This document shows positions 56,501 through 64,000 of a stretch of DNA of 64,000 bases, one piece after another (position 1 is the stretch's first letter; each line of letters begins with the position of its first letter). This DNA comes from a virus. Where the stretch lies: IMG/VR virus record IMGVR_UViG_3300022885_000003, positions 1 through 64,000 of that record, one strand, 5' to 3'. A program made the translations under genes and the position numbers. Below the pieces are notes generated by a model, which saw only the letters and a list, made by a program, of their open reading frames with translations, was not told the origin of the DNA and did not search any database.

Positions 56501-57819
56501 AGGTACTAGCTGATGCTGGATTTGTATTTGATCCACTTGATCCTGATATTTTATTCCAACCAAAGATCACTTATAGTTTTGATTTACAACCAGGAGAGCA
56601 ATTCCCACCTGGATTAATCCTAAATACAAATACCGGTGAAATTTCAGGAACCCCGTTTGATGTATCAAGTGATACAACCTTTACATTTACAATAGTAGCT
56701 GATAATACTTTCTTCCAAGAGTCAAGAACTTTTTCTATTACTGTACTCGATATAACTGAACCAGAAACGATTAGTGTCGTCGTCCCAATTATGGGAGAAG
56801 ACCGAAGAATATTGCATGATGCGGCCTTGCATTTGTTCATACGTGAAGAAGTTAAGAGTATCAAAGATAGTGAAGAAATATTTGTCCCATTAGCCTTTGA
56901 TTTTGGTTTCACTCCTGAGATCATCCTCAATGAAGAAGATTTGGATGATGAAGATATTGAAAATCTACCGTTTGAAACAACATCAAACTTCGATGATGCG
57001 GGATTTATTACCGCCGAGATCGAAGGAAACACAATCTTTGTTCCAATACAACCACCTGAAAGAGACTCAGACTTTTTTGCTGAGTTTGATATCTTTGGTG
57101 ATACTGTTCCCAGCTTCGGTATTGTGCGAGATCCACACATTTATATGGTCGGTGGTTTGCAGCGTTCATTAAACGTTGGTCAAGAATTGGAAGATTTTTA
57201 TCTAAGCTTAGATGAACATCATAGAAAAGATACGGTTGTGTTTGGTGATTTCAAATCCGTGGTTGTTCGAAACAATGAAGGTGAATATATATACGATGCA
57301 ATTTATGTTGAAGTGCGTGATAGACAAGCAGGGGCGGCATTTGTTCGAACCTATCCACAAGCGCCTGGTCCTGTAAACGCGGTTACACCAATTAACAATT
57401 TGTTCCCACCTTCGTTACTCAATATGCGGGATGGTTTAATTGCAGAAAATGGCTTACCAGGCCAAGAACTCGCGCCAAGATGGCAGAAATCAGAACAAGT
57501 TGAAGGTGAACCTTCTTCGGTACTTGGGTGGACGGCAGCAATTGTTATTGCTTATGCTAAACCAGGGACGGGAGAACGTGTAGTTGATAACGTTTCTCCA
57601 GAAATTAGAAAATTGGTAAGTAATCGACCATTTACTATTGATCGATATAGTGTGTCAACGAAAGCTACACTCACAACTACCACTTTTGATGGTAATACAC
57701 CCACAACGTTTGATGGTAATTTTAATGTTTTTGACGTATTTCAATCACAAATTATTGAAGAGACGTTGGTTAAATTCCCGCCAGGTGATGTGCCAGGAAT
57801 TGCAGCAATTGGTCCATAA
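53587..57819 (+). CDS. Subtilisin (proteinase K-like S8) protease fused to Ig/He_PIG repeats; probable virion protein
   Basis: WGLDRIDQR, IDTG, HGTHVA, AAGN, GTSMACPH; repeated P.W.T...G.ISGT...FT...D units; TAAATA at 53551. Confidence 0.9.
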   Translation: MSDIKKYIAVTKPGTNDQFGYYLASNRIEHTNITPMNSHWIINCTHKQYISILGRSEIVIIEEDVEFSTCAVQNLNGVVDDNWGLDRIDQRSTQLNNVYKFNRNGSTVDIYVIDTGIKIDHEEFGGRASVLSDFVNETGVATGQDGNGHGTHVAATACGATYGVAKAAKVFSAKALNSAGSGSGSAIIQAMNSVLSHHVSKTNNRPSVANMSIGFNGRVTSVDLAVANLVNAGIVTIVAAGNSNRPAIEVSPAGAPEAFTVGAIGFGDARASFSNFSSGDGPGDGDRGFGEAGISNLGSAVDVFAPGVAIRSAAPFEVPSFFLRVDAPFETIVGRVPAGETILSTRFRVFFPYDGTSRVRIGTRSNPTLLFDGSPTFLSRVRDLRLNPNIILPTDEEIILQYEQNDSTQGSFQSNITLSTKDGSQRLNGTSMACPHAVGVAALFLEDKPRPTNSTGVQEVKDFMINNATVNSIPDLPIGTPNRVLFSFFVEEASFEWITLPGIIRSQEENTAFSQTVVARFVDELGNEQPVTYQTNPDFPVFLSLNPITGLLTGTLPEVTEDTEFEFTLTAIAPDLSTIDQVFSINVLDIPNRPPIWVTQPNQIKVGVTPHDPVEGEVVSFQLEATDPEGLPITYSLQVGENPSNPGEIRTSGLFLDSSGLISGTVSNLLVNQTISFTVRASDGELITDRSFFIDLIAVNSSPLWFPLVVSEPVEILTASQGDTILYDFALLTNVDHAADPDNDPLTFTLVGGALPNGTTLSSDGKLSGSLIGNGNFVFTIEVTDTVLSATREFSVDVAEIVTNQPPVWNTPTGNIVTANELSLFIFQLNAIDPEAGLVTYAPNLQFGEEFPATLNISSSGLITGTLPSINESTKVFTFTVNASDGVLVTPRVFEITVSNVSGDVPPIWITPEGSLGTTDECIDAIFKVEATTAAVLIDSDSEVDFELIIQALTVITELDDPLNDLPNEIIEVLADAGFVFDPLDPDILFQPKITYSFDLQPGEQFPPGLILNTNTGEISGTPFDVSSDTTFTFTIVADNTFFQESRTFSITVLDITEPETISVVVPIMGEDRRILHDAALHLFIREEVKSIKDSEEIFVPLAFDFGFTPEIILNEEDLDDEDIENLPFETTSNFDDAGFITAEIEGNTIFVPIQPPERDSDFFAEFDIFGDTVPSFGIVRDPHIYMVGGLQRSLNVGQELEDFYLSLDEHHRKDTVVFGDFKSVVVRNNEGEYIYDAIYVEVRDRQAGAAFVRTYPQAPGPVNAVTPINNLFPPSLLNMRDGLIAENGLPGQELAPRWQKSEQVEGEPSSVLGWTAAIVIAYAKPGTGERVVDNVSPEIRKLVSNRPFTIDRYSVSTKATLTTTTFDGNTPTTFDGNFNVFDVFQSQIIEETLVKFPPGDVPGIAAIGP

Positions 57820-57875
57820 ATGTTAATTAGGATTAATATAATAAATAATAGAGAATAAATTAAGGAGGCTATTTA

Positions 57876-60056
57876 ATGGCTGTTGGTATTAATAATGGAA
57901 TTTCAGGCACTGATGCCGATGGATTCACTTGGAATAGTGAATATCCAGTTGTTGGGCAAAATAACGATACATTCCAATTTAGATGGAATTGGTGGATTGC
58001 AAAAGTAGCCATTGAAAATCTTCAATCAAAGGTTCTTAGCGTTGCTGGCGACGTAGTTGGTGATTCAAGTATTTTTGATTCCGGTGATGGTGAAGTACCA
58101 TTAATTCTAAATCTTATTGATACTGGGGTTGGTGCAGGTAGTTACTCTTTGGCCTCATTAACCGTTGATTCTAAAGGCAGAATTACCGCAATAAGTGATG
58201 TTTCAAGTGATTACGTCCCAGTTACTGGCGGCAACTTTACGGGCATTGTAACGGTCCCAATGGTCACTGGTGCTAGTCCAGGGTTAGCAGCGGCTACTAA
58301 AGACTATGTTGACCTGGTTGCTGGTGGTGGGGCAGGAACGTTTGTTCTAACCGATGGTTCAGTAACAATGTCATCTGCTCTTGAATATGATGCTCTAGTT
58401 GTTACTTCAAACGATGATCAAGTACCAAATATGGCTGAAGTAAAGAATTATGTTACGCCTATTACAAACGGTTTAATTGCAAACAAGCTCAATATTTCCG
58501 GCGGGACGATGACTGGCAATTTGATTCTCAATGCAGATCCCACACTTGCATTACAGGCGGCTACAAAGGATTATGTTGATACCTTCTTACCTCTTGTTGG
58601 TGGGACATTAACTGGTGATCTAGTTCTTAATGCAGATCCCACACTTCCATTGGGTACGGCTACTAAGCAATATGTCGATAATACAACAATGACATTAGAT
58701 GGCATAAATTCAATGGTTGCAGATCTTGATGCTGGAACAAATAAAGTTATTAATGTGGTTGATCCAACCAATCCTCAAGACGTAGCAACTAAGGCTTATG
58801 TAGATTTTGTTGGGACTGCTTGTGTTGCAATACTTGCCGATGGAACAGTTGCAATGACAGCGGATTTGGACTTAGGAACAAACAAAATTGTTAATGTAGT
58901 TGACCCAGTTTTACCACAGGATTCAGCTACGAAGAATTATGTTGATACCATAACGATGACATTAGATGGCGCCAATTTTATGGCCGCAGATCTTAATGTC
59001 GGGACAAATAAAGTTGTTAACGTAGTAGATCCAATTGACCCACAAGATGCGGCTACTAAGGCTTATGTTGATGCTATTATGTCACCGGATATTTCCGATT
59101 TAATCAAACAAGATGGTACCGTTGCAATGACAGCGGATTTGGACTTAGGAACAAACAAAATTGTTAATGTAGTTGACCCAGTTTTACCACAGGATTCAGC
59201 TACGAAGAATTATGTTGATACCATAACGATGACATTAGATGGCGCCAATTTTATGGCCGCAGATCTTAATGTCGGGACAAATAAAGTTGTTAACGTAGTA
59301 GATCCAATTGACCCACAAGATGCGGCTACTAAGGCTTATGTTGATGCTATTATGTCACCGGATATTTCCGATTTAATCAAACAAGATGGTACCGTTGCAA
59401 TGACAGCGGATTTGGACTTAGGAACAAACAAAATTGTTAATGTAGTTGACCCAGTTTCAGCACAAGATGCAGCCACTAAGAACTACGTTGATACATTTGC
59501 TCCACTAAGTGGTGCCACATTTACAGGTGATATCACACTAAATGCAGATCCTACGGTTGCACTTGGTGCGGCCACTAAGCAATATGTTGATAACACAATA
59601 CCAACTGATCATATAAAGCAAGACGGCACTGTTGCAATGACAGCGGATTTGGACTTGGGAACAAACAAAATTGTTAATGTAGTTGATCCAGTTTCAGCAC
59701 AAGATGCAGCCACTAAGAACTATGTTGATACAAGCATACCAGGAACATTTGAAAGCACACAACAAACGATTACATCAGCTGGACAATTGATTCTATCTCA
59801 TGGCTTATCATCGACCCCATTGTTTATGACTGAGTATTTAATTTGTACAACCGCTGAGCATGGATATACTATCGGTGATAAGGTGTTATTTGGACAGCAA
59901 GGTTCAGGTAGCACATCAGTTGTATTTGATTCAACAAATTTAACGATTAGGTTTGCCAATATTGCTGCGGTTTTCCAAGCGTTAGATAAAACTATTGGGA
60001 ATATTGTTAGCCTCACAAATACTTCATGGAATTATTTGATCGTAGCTCGGACATAA
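57876..60056 (+). CDS. Fibre protein with (D/G)AATKxYVD repeats
   Basis: More than 12 ATK.YVD units; VDSKGRIT; TAAATA at 57842; GGAGG RBS. Confidence 0.85.
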   Translation: MAVGINNGISGTDADGFTWNSEYPVVGQNNDTFQFRWNWWIAKVAIENLQSKVLSVAGDVVGDSSIFDSGDGEVPLILNLIDTGVGAGSYSLASLTVDSKGRITAISDVSSDYVPVTGGNFTGIVTVPMVTGASPGLAAATKDYVDLVAGGGAGTFVLTDGSVTMSSALEYDALVVTSNDDQVPNMAEVKNYVTPITNGLIANKLNISGGTMTGNLILNADPTLALQAATKDYVDTFLPLVGGTLTGDLVLNADPTLPLGTATKQYVDNTTMTLDGINSMVADLDAGTNKVINVVDPTNPQDVATKAYVDFVGTACVAILADGTVAMTADLDLGTNKIVNVVDPVLPQDSATKNYVDTITMTLDGANFMAADLNVGTNKVVNVVDPIDPQDAATKAYVDAIMSPDISDLIKQDGTVAMTADLDLGTNKIVNVVDPVLPQDSATKNYVDTITMTLDGANFMAADLNVGTNKVVNVVDPIDPQDAATKAYVDAIMSPDISDLIKQDGTVAMTADLDLGTNKIVNVVDPVSAQDAATKNYVDTFAPLSGATFTGDITLNADPTVALGAATKQYVDNTIPTDHIKQDGTVAMTADLDLGTNKIVNVVDPVSAQDAATKNYVDTSIPGTFESTQQTITSAGQLILSHGLSSTPLFMTEYLICTTAEHGYTIGDKVLFGQQGSGSTSVVFDSTNLTIRFANIAAVFQALDKTIGNIVSLTNTSWNYLIVART
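58848..59456 (+). repeat. 273-bp exact tandem duplication (about 2.2 copies)
   Basis: GTTGCAATGACAGCGGATTTGGACTTAGG at 58848, 59121 and 59394; partial copy at 59631. Confidence 0.9.
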
Positions 60057-60112
60057 TTTCTAAAATTTATCTTTAACGATAAATAATTATAGCAAGATTA
60101 TGGAGTATAATT

Positions 60113-63100
60113 ATGGCCAACAAAAATACATTACGCAAAATCGATAGTATTGAATCAAACGACCAAGGTGGTCTACTGATCGACAACCCTTATTTCTTAA
60201 GATTACCAACGGGGTCTAGTTCAAATCGTCCAGGTTTGCTCAGCACCAATATACCGGAATCTACGAATGGTATGATTAGGTATAATGAAGAAACTGGTAA
60301 TATCGAAATTTTCCTTCCTGAAGTTGACTCTGGCGGCGTTCCAACAACGGCACAAGTATGGACTAGTTTAGGTTTAGGGTCGGATCCAGAATCACCAGGA
60401 CAAGGTGACTTCTTACAACGATTCGGTGGCGTTATGTATGGTGACTTACGTATGTCAACCGGAGATGATTTCCACGATGGCTTAGGATCATTGCTTGGTG
60501 TGTCAGCTCAGGGAACTGGTTTACGGGCTGGTATTCAATCCGATAGTACCAATAGTAGAATATTAAACTCTGCAGGATCTATTGCTAATCCATCTTATAG
60601 TTTTGATGTGGAAAGAAATACAGGTATTGCTCTAACAGCACCTAATGAAATGTCATTTATTGTTGACGGTATACCACAATTAACGATTGACAGTGGCGGT
60701 GCCACTATTCCAGCCCCAACATCAATGAATAACGGTTTTGAAAATGCGCCAGGATTAGCGTTTGCTTCTGATCTTGATACTGGGTTTTATCACTCAGCTG
60801 CCAATACAATGGGATTAACCTCCGGCGGATTTGAAGCATTAGAGATTACGATTACTGGTGGCGCTTCATCAAGATTAGATACACAAGTGACAATTCGAGG
60901 AGACCTAATTGTTGAAGGAACAACAACAACAATTGATACAGCAAACCTTGTTGTTGCAGATAACACTATTACACTAAATGATGGGGAAGTTGGTGCCGGT
61001 ATTACGGCCGGAGCAGCAGGAATTGTGGTTGACCGTGGTAGTGAGACGGATGCCGGCTGGTTTTATGACGAAACGAATGATTGGTGGGGGCCAACTGGAC
61101 CAAGTGGTATTGCAGGAGAGGGTGGCGCCACAAATGTTATTGGTAACGTACAAGAGATTGATTCTCGAACAGCACCAACCGCAGGAGTTTTATTTACCAA
61201 CACTGATGCTATTCGTATAAAGAATTCTGGTGGCGGCGGAACAAGTCACGGAACTATTGCTGCGCCGGCATACTCGTTCGAAGCAGATGAAAATACAGGA
61301 ATATACCATCCAGCACTTGAACAGCTTGGGTTGGTTACAGATGGCGTTGAAATGGTTCTCGTTGATGGTTCAGTTACAACTGACCAACACACATTATTCT
61401 CCCGGCAAAGTCGAGCAGTTAAACAACCAATACTTCCAATTATTAGCGTAACTTCTATACCATCATGGTCGTTCGATGGAGATAGTGATACCGGTATTGG
61501 TAGCACAAATACAAATGAATTAGAACTAATTGCCGGTGGTGAAGTTGCAATGACACTAGTTTCTGATGGTGTTCTTGGACAATTGTTGATCGATGACGGA
61601 ACAGTTGGCGCGCCATCCATAGCATTTAGATCAGATACCGATTCAGGTGTATTCAAAAATGGTACAAGCGTTGGTATTGCTTCTGATGGTGTATTGTCAG
61701 GAAACTTTAATGCTAATCAGGTCAATTTATTACCAGGTACAGAAGCATTGCCAGGTATTTCGTTTATTTCCGATGAAGATACCGGAATATGGAATCCGTC
61801 TGCAAATAATATGGCAATGTCGACCGGTGGTGCCGAAAGACTGCGCATAGATGATGTAGGTAATGTTGGGGTTGGTACGACCACTCCTGCCACGTTATTG
61901 GATGTGCAAGGTAATATTACCCAAGGTGTTGTTGGATCCAATGCAGGTCGATTGCTTATCGATAATACAACCGATGATGTTCAAAGGATTAAAGTTAGTC
62001 GTACGGGAATAACTGGTCAATTAGCTTTCCATACAGGTGACGATACCGAACATATGAGGATCGACGATAACGGTAATATCGGTATTGGTACAGATGATCC
62101 ACTTGGTACCGTGCATATTAAAAAATCAACAATTATAGCTGACCCAGTTGATACATTAGTTGACGAATTGGTTATTGAAAATGCAACGACAAATGCTGGT
62201 ATTTCAATTATAACAAATTCAGTAAGTGCCGGCACCATTGCGTTCGGAGATGATAGTAACTCAAATGACGGTTCTCTTTCTTATAATAACACTGATCGTT
62301 CGATGCAGATTAGAACGAATGATACGAATAGATTCTTAATTGACGCTTCGGGTAATGTTGGCATAGGCACAATCCAGCCAGAAGCTGGACTTGATCTATT
62401 TACAGGATTAAACGGTTCGTTTAGTAGATTTAGAATTGAACATTCAGATTCAGCAGGTGGCTCTGCAGGTGGCGCAAAAATTGCAGGGTATGGTAGCAAT
62501 GGTGCTATTGTTGAAATTGCTAATATTGATTTCGCCTTAACTAATGGTTCAGTAGGTAACGAGACCGGTGATATCATATTTAGAACAGCTTTGAATGGTG
62601 CAGCCCCGGTTGAACATATGCGTCTAACCAGTGCAGGATTATTGACAATAACAGATTTAGAAGTTGCTGGGGACTTAACAATCCCATCAATCAATGATAC
62701 TAATGGTCAAATCGCAGGATTTAGAAATAAAATCGTTAATGGTAATTTTGATATTTGGCAACGTGGAACATCCGGATTTGGATCTGGCTTTAATGCTGAT
62801 TTATGGAGAGTTGATACTAATACAGATGATATCATTGTTATATCTCAACAACCTTTCGATCTAGGACAAACAGACGTTCCAGGAGAACCGCAATATTTTA
62901 TGCGTGCAACATTAACATCTGGTACATCTGGTTTCCTTAATGATTTCCGTCAAAGAATCGAAGGTGTCCGTACATTTGCCGGTCAAACCGTTACTCTCTC
63001 TTATTACACTAGAGCAAGTGTTGGTGCTACAACTCAAAATAGGAGAGTCGCGCAACAGTTCGGAACCGGTGGTTCCCCGTCGACCGCAGCCACACAAGCA

Positions 63101-63637
63101 TTGCCTGATGTAGTGCTTACAACACTGTGGACGAAAGTAACGAATACTTTTACCTTCCCATCGTTAACAGGAAAAACGATAGGAACAAATGATGATGATT
63201 TCATAAATATCGTATTAGGACTTCCAGTAAATACAACTATTGATGTTGATATTGCTTGCGTTCAACTTGAATTGGGGTCAATTGCTACACCATTTGAAAA
63301 ACGTGATCCGACAGTTGAATTAACCATGTGTCAGAGACATTATTATGAAACTGCGAAGTCTGGTAGCGCATGGGCGGTAGCTGCAACTGACATTGTTGCA
63401 TCGATCATCTTCCCAACGACAATGCGTAGAATTCCAGATGTATCGTTAATAGATACAACACCAACATTTAACGATTACAATGTATCATTGACTTCGTCGG
63501 GTTCAAGTTTGTCCACTAATGCATTTACAGAAGATGGTGGTAATGTCAGAATGGACGGTTTCTCTGGAGCAATCGTTAGTAGACCTGGATTTTGGAATCA
63601 AACAAATTCAATTTGGGCGTTTGATGCTGGATTCTAA
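60113..63637 (+). CDS. Long tail fibre-like protein
   Basis: G.IRYN, P..SF..D.DTG repeats, ERLRI...GNVGIGT repeats, C-terminal RNKIVNGNFDIWQRG...VQLE.G..ATPFE...CQRHY module; TAAATA at 60080. Confidence 0.85.
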   Translation: MANKNTLRKIDSIESNDQGGLLIDNPYFLRLPTGSSSNRPGLLSTNIPESTNGMIRYNEETGNIEIFLPEVDSGGVPTTAQVWTSLGLGSDPESPGQGDFLQRFGGVMYGDLRMSTGDDFHDGLGSLLGVSAQGTGLRAGIQSDSTNSRILNSAGSIANPSYSFDVERNTGIALTAPNEMSFIVDGIPQLTIDSGGATIPAPTSMNNGFENAPGLAFASDLDTGFYHSAANTMGLTSGGFEALEITITGGASSRLDTQVTIRGDLIVEGTTTTIDTANLVVADNTITLNDGEVGAGITAGAAGIVVDRGSETDAGWFYDETNDWWGPTGPSGIAGEGGATNVIGNVQEIDSRTAPTAGVLFTNTDAIRIKNSGGGGTSHGTIAAPAYSFEADENTGIYHPALEQLGLVTDGVEMVLVDGSVTTDQHTLFSRQSRAVKQPILPIISVTSIPSWSFDGDSDTGIGSTNTNELELIAGGEVAMTLVSDGVLGQLLIDDGTVGAPSIAFRSDTDSGVFKNGTSVGIASDGVLSGNFNANQVNLLPGTEALPGISFISDEDTGIWNPSANNMAMSTGGAERLRIDDVGNVGVGTTTPATLLDVQGNITQGVVGSNAGRLLIDNTTDDVQRIKVSRTGITGQLAFHTGDDTEHMRIDDNGNIGIGTDDPLGTVHIKKSTIIADPVDTLVDELVIENATTNAGISIITNSVSAGTIAFGDDSNSNDGSLSYNNTDRSMQIRTNDTNRFLIDASGNVGIGTIQPEAGLDLFTGLNGSFSRFRIEHSDSAGGSAGGAKIAGYGSNGAIVEIANIDFALTNGSVGNETGDIIFRTALNGAAPVEHMRLTSAGLLTITDLEVAGDLTIPSINDTNGQIAGFRNKIVNGNFDIWQRGTSGFGSGFNADLWRVDTNTDDIIVISQQPFDLGQTDVPGEPQYFMRATLTSGTSGFLNDFRQRIEGVRTFAGQTVTLSYYTRASVGATTQNRRVAQQFGTGGSPSTAATQALPDVVLTTLWTKVTNTFTFPSLTGKTIGTNDDDFINIVLGLPVNTTIDVDIACVQLELGSIATPFEKRDPTVELTMCQRHYYETAKSGSAWAVAATDIVASIIFPTTMRRIPDVSLIDTTPTFNDYNVSLTSSGSSLSTNAFTEDGGNVRMDGFSGAIVSRPGFWNQTNSIWAFDAGF

Positions 63638-63649
63638 AAGGAATTAATA

Positions 63650-64000
63650 ATGAAAACAAATAATTTACGTCAATGGATGAATATACTTGAAAGCAAAGAT
63701 GATTTGAAATTAGATAAACTTTCCTTTTCAAAAGATTCGTTATCTCCAATCATGAGTAAAGAAACTATTGATATACATTATGATATTCTTACAAAAAATT
63801 ATCACAAAAATGCCAAGGACGGCGATCCTTTTCAGATTGCGGGGGCATTCTTACATGATTTGTTCTGGGAGAATTTACAACCACCAACGGACAACAACAA
63901 ACCATTAAATGATTTCTTAGAATTAATCAATGATAAATTTGGATCATTGGCTAAGTTCAAATCTGAGTTTGAGGAAACAGCAACCACAATACAAGGTAAT
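63650..64000 (+). CDS. Fe/Mn superoxide dismutase-like protein, 3'-truncated by the window edge
   Basis: MKTNNLRQWMNILE-SKDDLKL..L.F....L.P.MSKETIDIHY...AFLHDLFW...KFGS...FK.EF...IQG. Confidence 0.85.
   Translation, partial: MKTNNLRQWMNILESKDDLKLDKLSFSKDSLSPIMSKETIDIHYDILTKNYHKNAKDGDPFQIAGAFLHDLFWENLQPPTDNNKPLNDFLELINDKFGSLAKFKSEFEETATTIQGN

Noticed and set aside
54039-57140. Long antisense ORFs inside the protease-Ig gene (and similar ones within the fibre and LamG genes)
   Set aside because: They are antisense shadows of codon-biased genes with no motifs or RBS
1-64000. Bacterial chromosome (tsf, thrS, purN, pyrE, prkA)
   Set aside because: The genes lack their normal operon neighbours and are interspersed with TATAAATA promoters, fibre genes and phage-type small ORFs

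Overview
This AT-rich, densely coding 64-kb window is a segment of a jumbo/huge tailed-phage genome with T4-like regulatory logic. Sigma70-type promoters (TTGACA...TATAAT) precede small early genes, and TATAAATA/TAAATA late promoters precede virion genes. Host-like genes are EF-Ts, a truncated ThrRS with tRNA-Thr(UGU), an SbmA/BacA-like transporter, PurN, PyrE, IscA, an SOD-like protein, a PEP-CTERM protein and a prkA-yeaH-ycgB cluster whose ycgB carries a 517-aa intein. Virion and adsorption genes include three LamG proteins with a shared N-terminal anchor, a subtilisin-Ig protein and two fibre proteins. The main discovery candidate is a set of about 21 otherwise unrelated genes, 17 of them in one 12-kb translationally coupled array (18905-30963). 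All begin with the same 8-11-aa leader M(R/K)xxELxE, which resembles the T4 capsid-targeting sequence. Behind the leader they carry about 13 ADP-ribosyltransferase-like domains plus GNAT, kinase, nucleotidyltransferase, cysteine-hydrolase, Cys-His-Asp and WGR domains. I infer a head-packaged, injected effector arsenal. A second, C-terminal shared motif (F...DA.LFKL.W / MAKL.G) marks about 12 early proteins. All family assignments come from reading motifs by eye, not from database searches.
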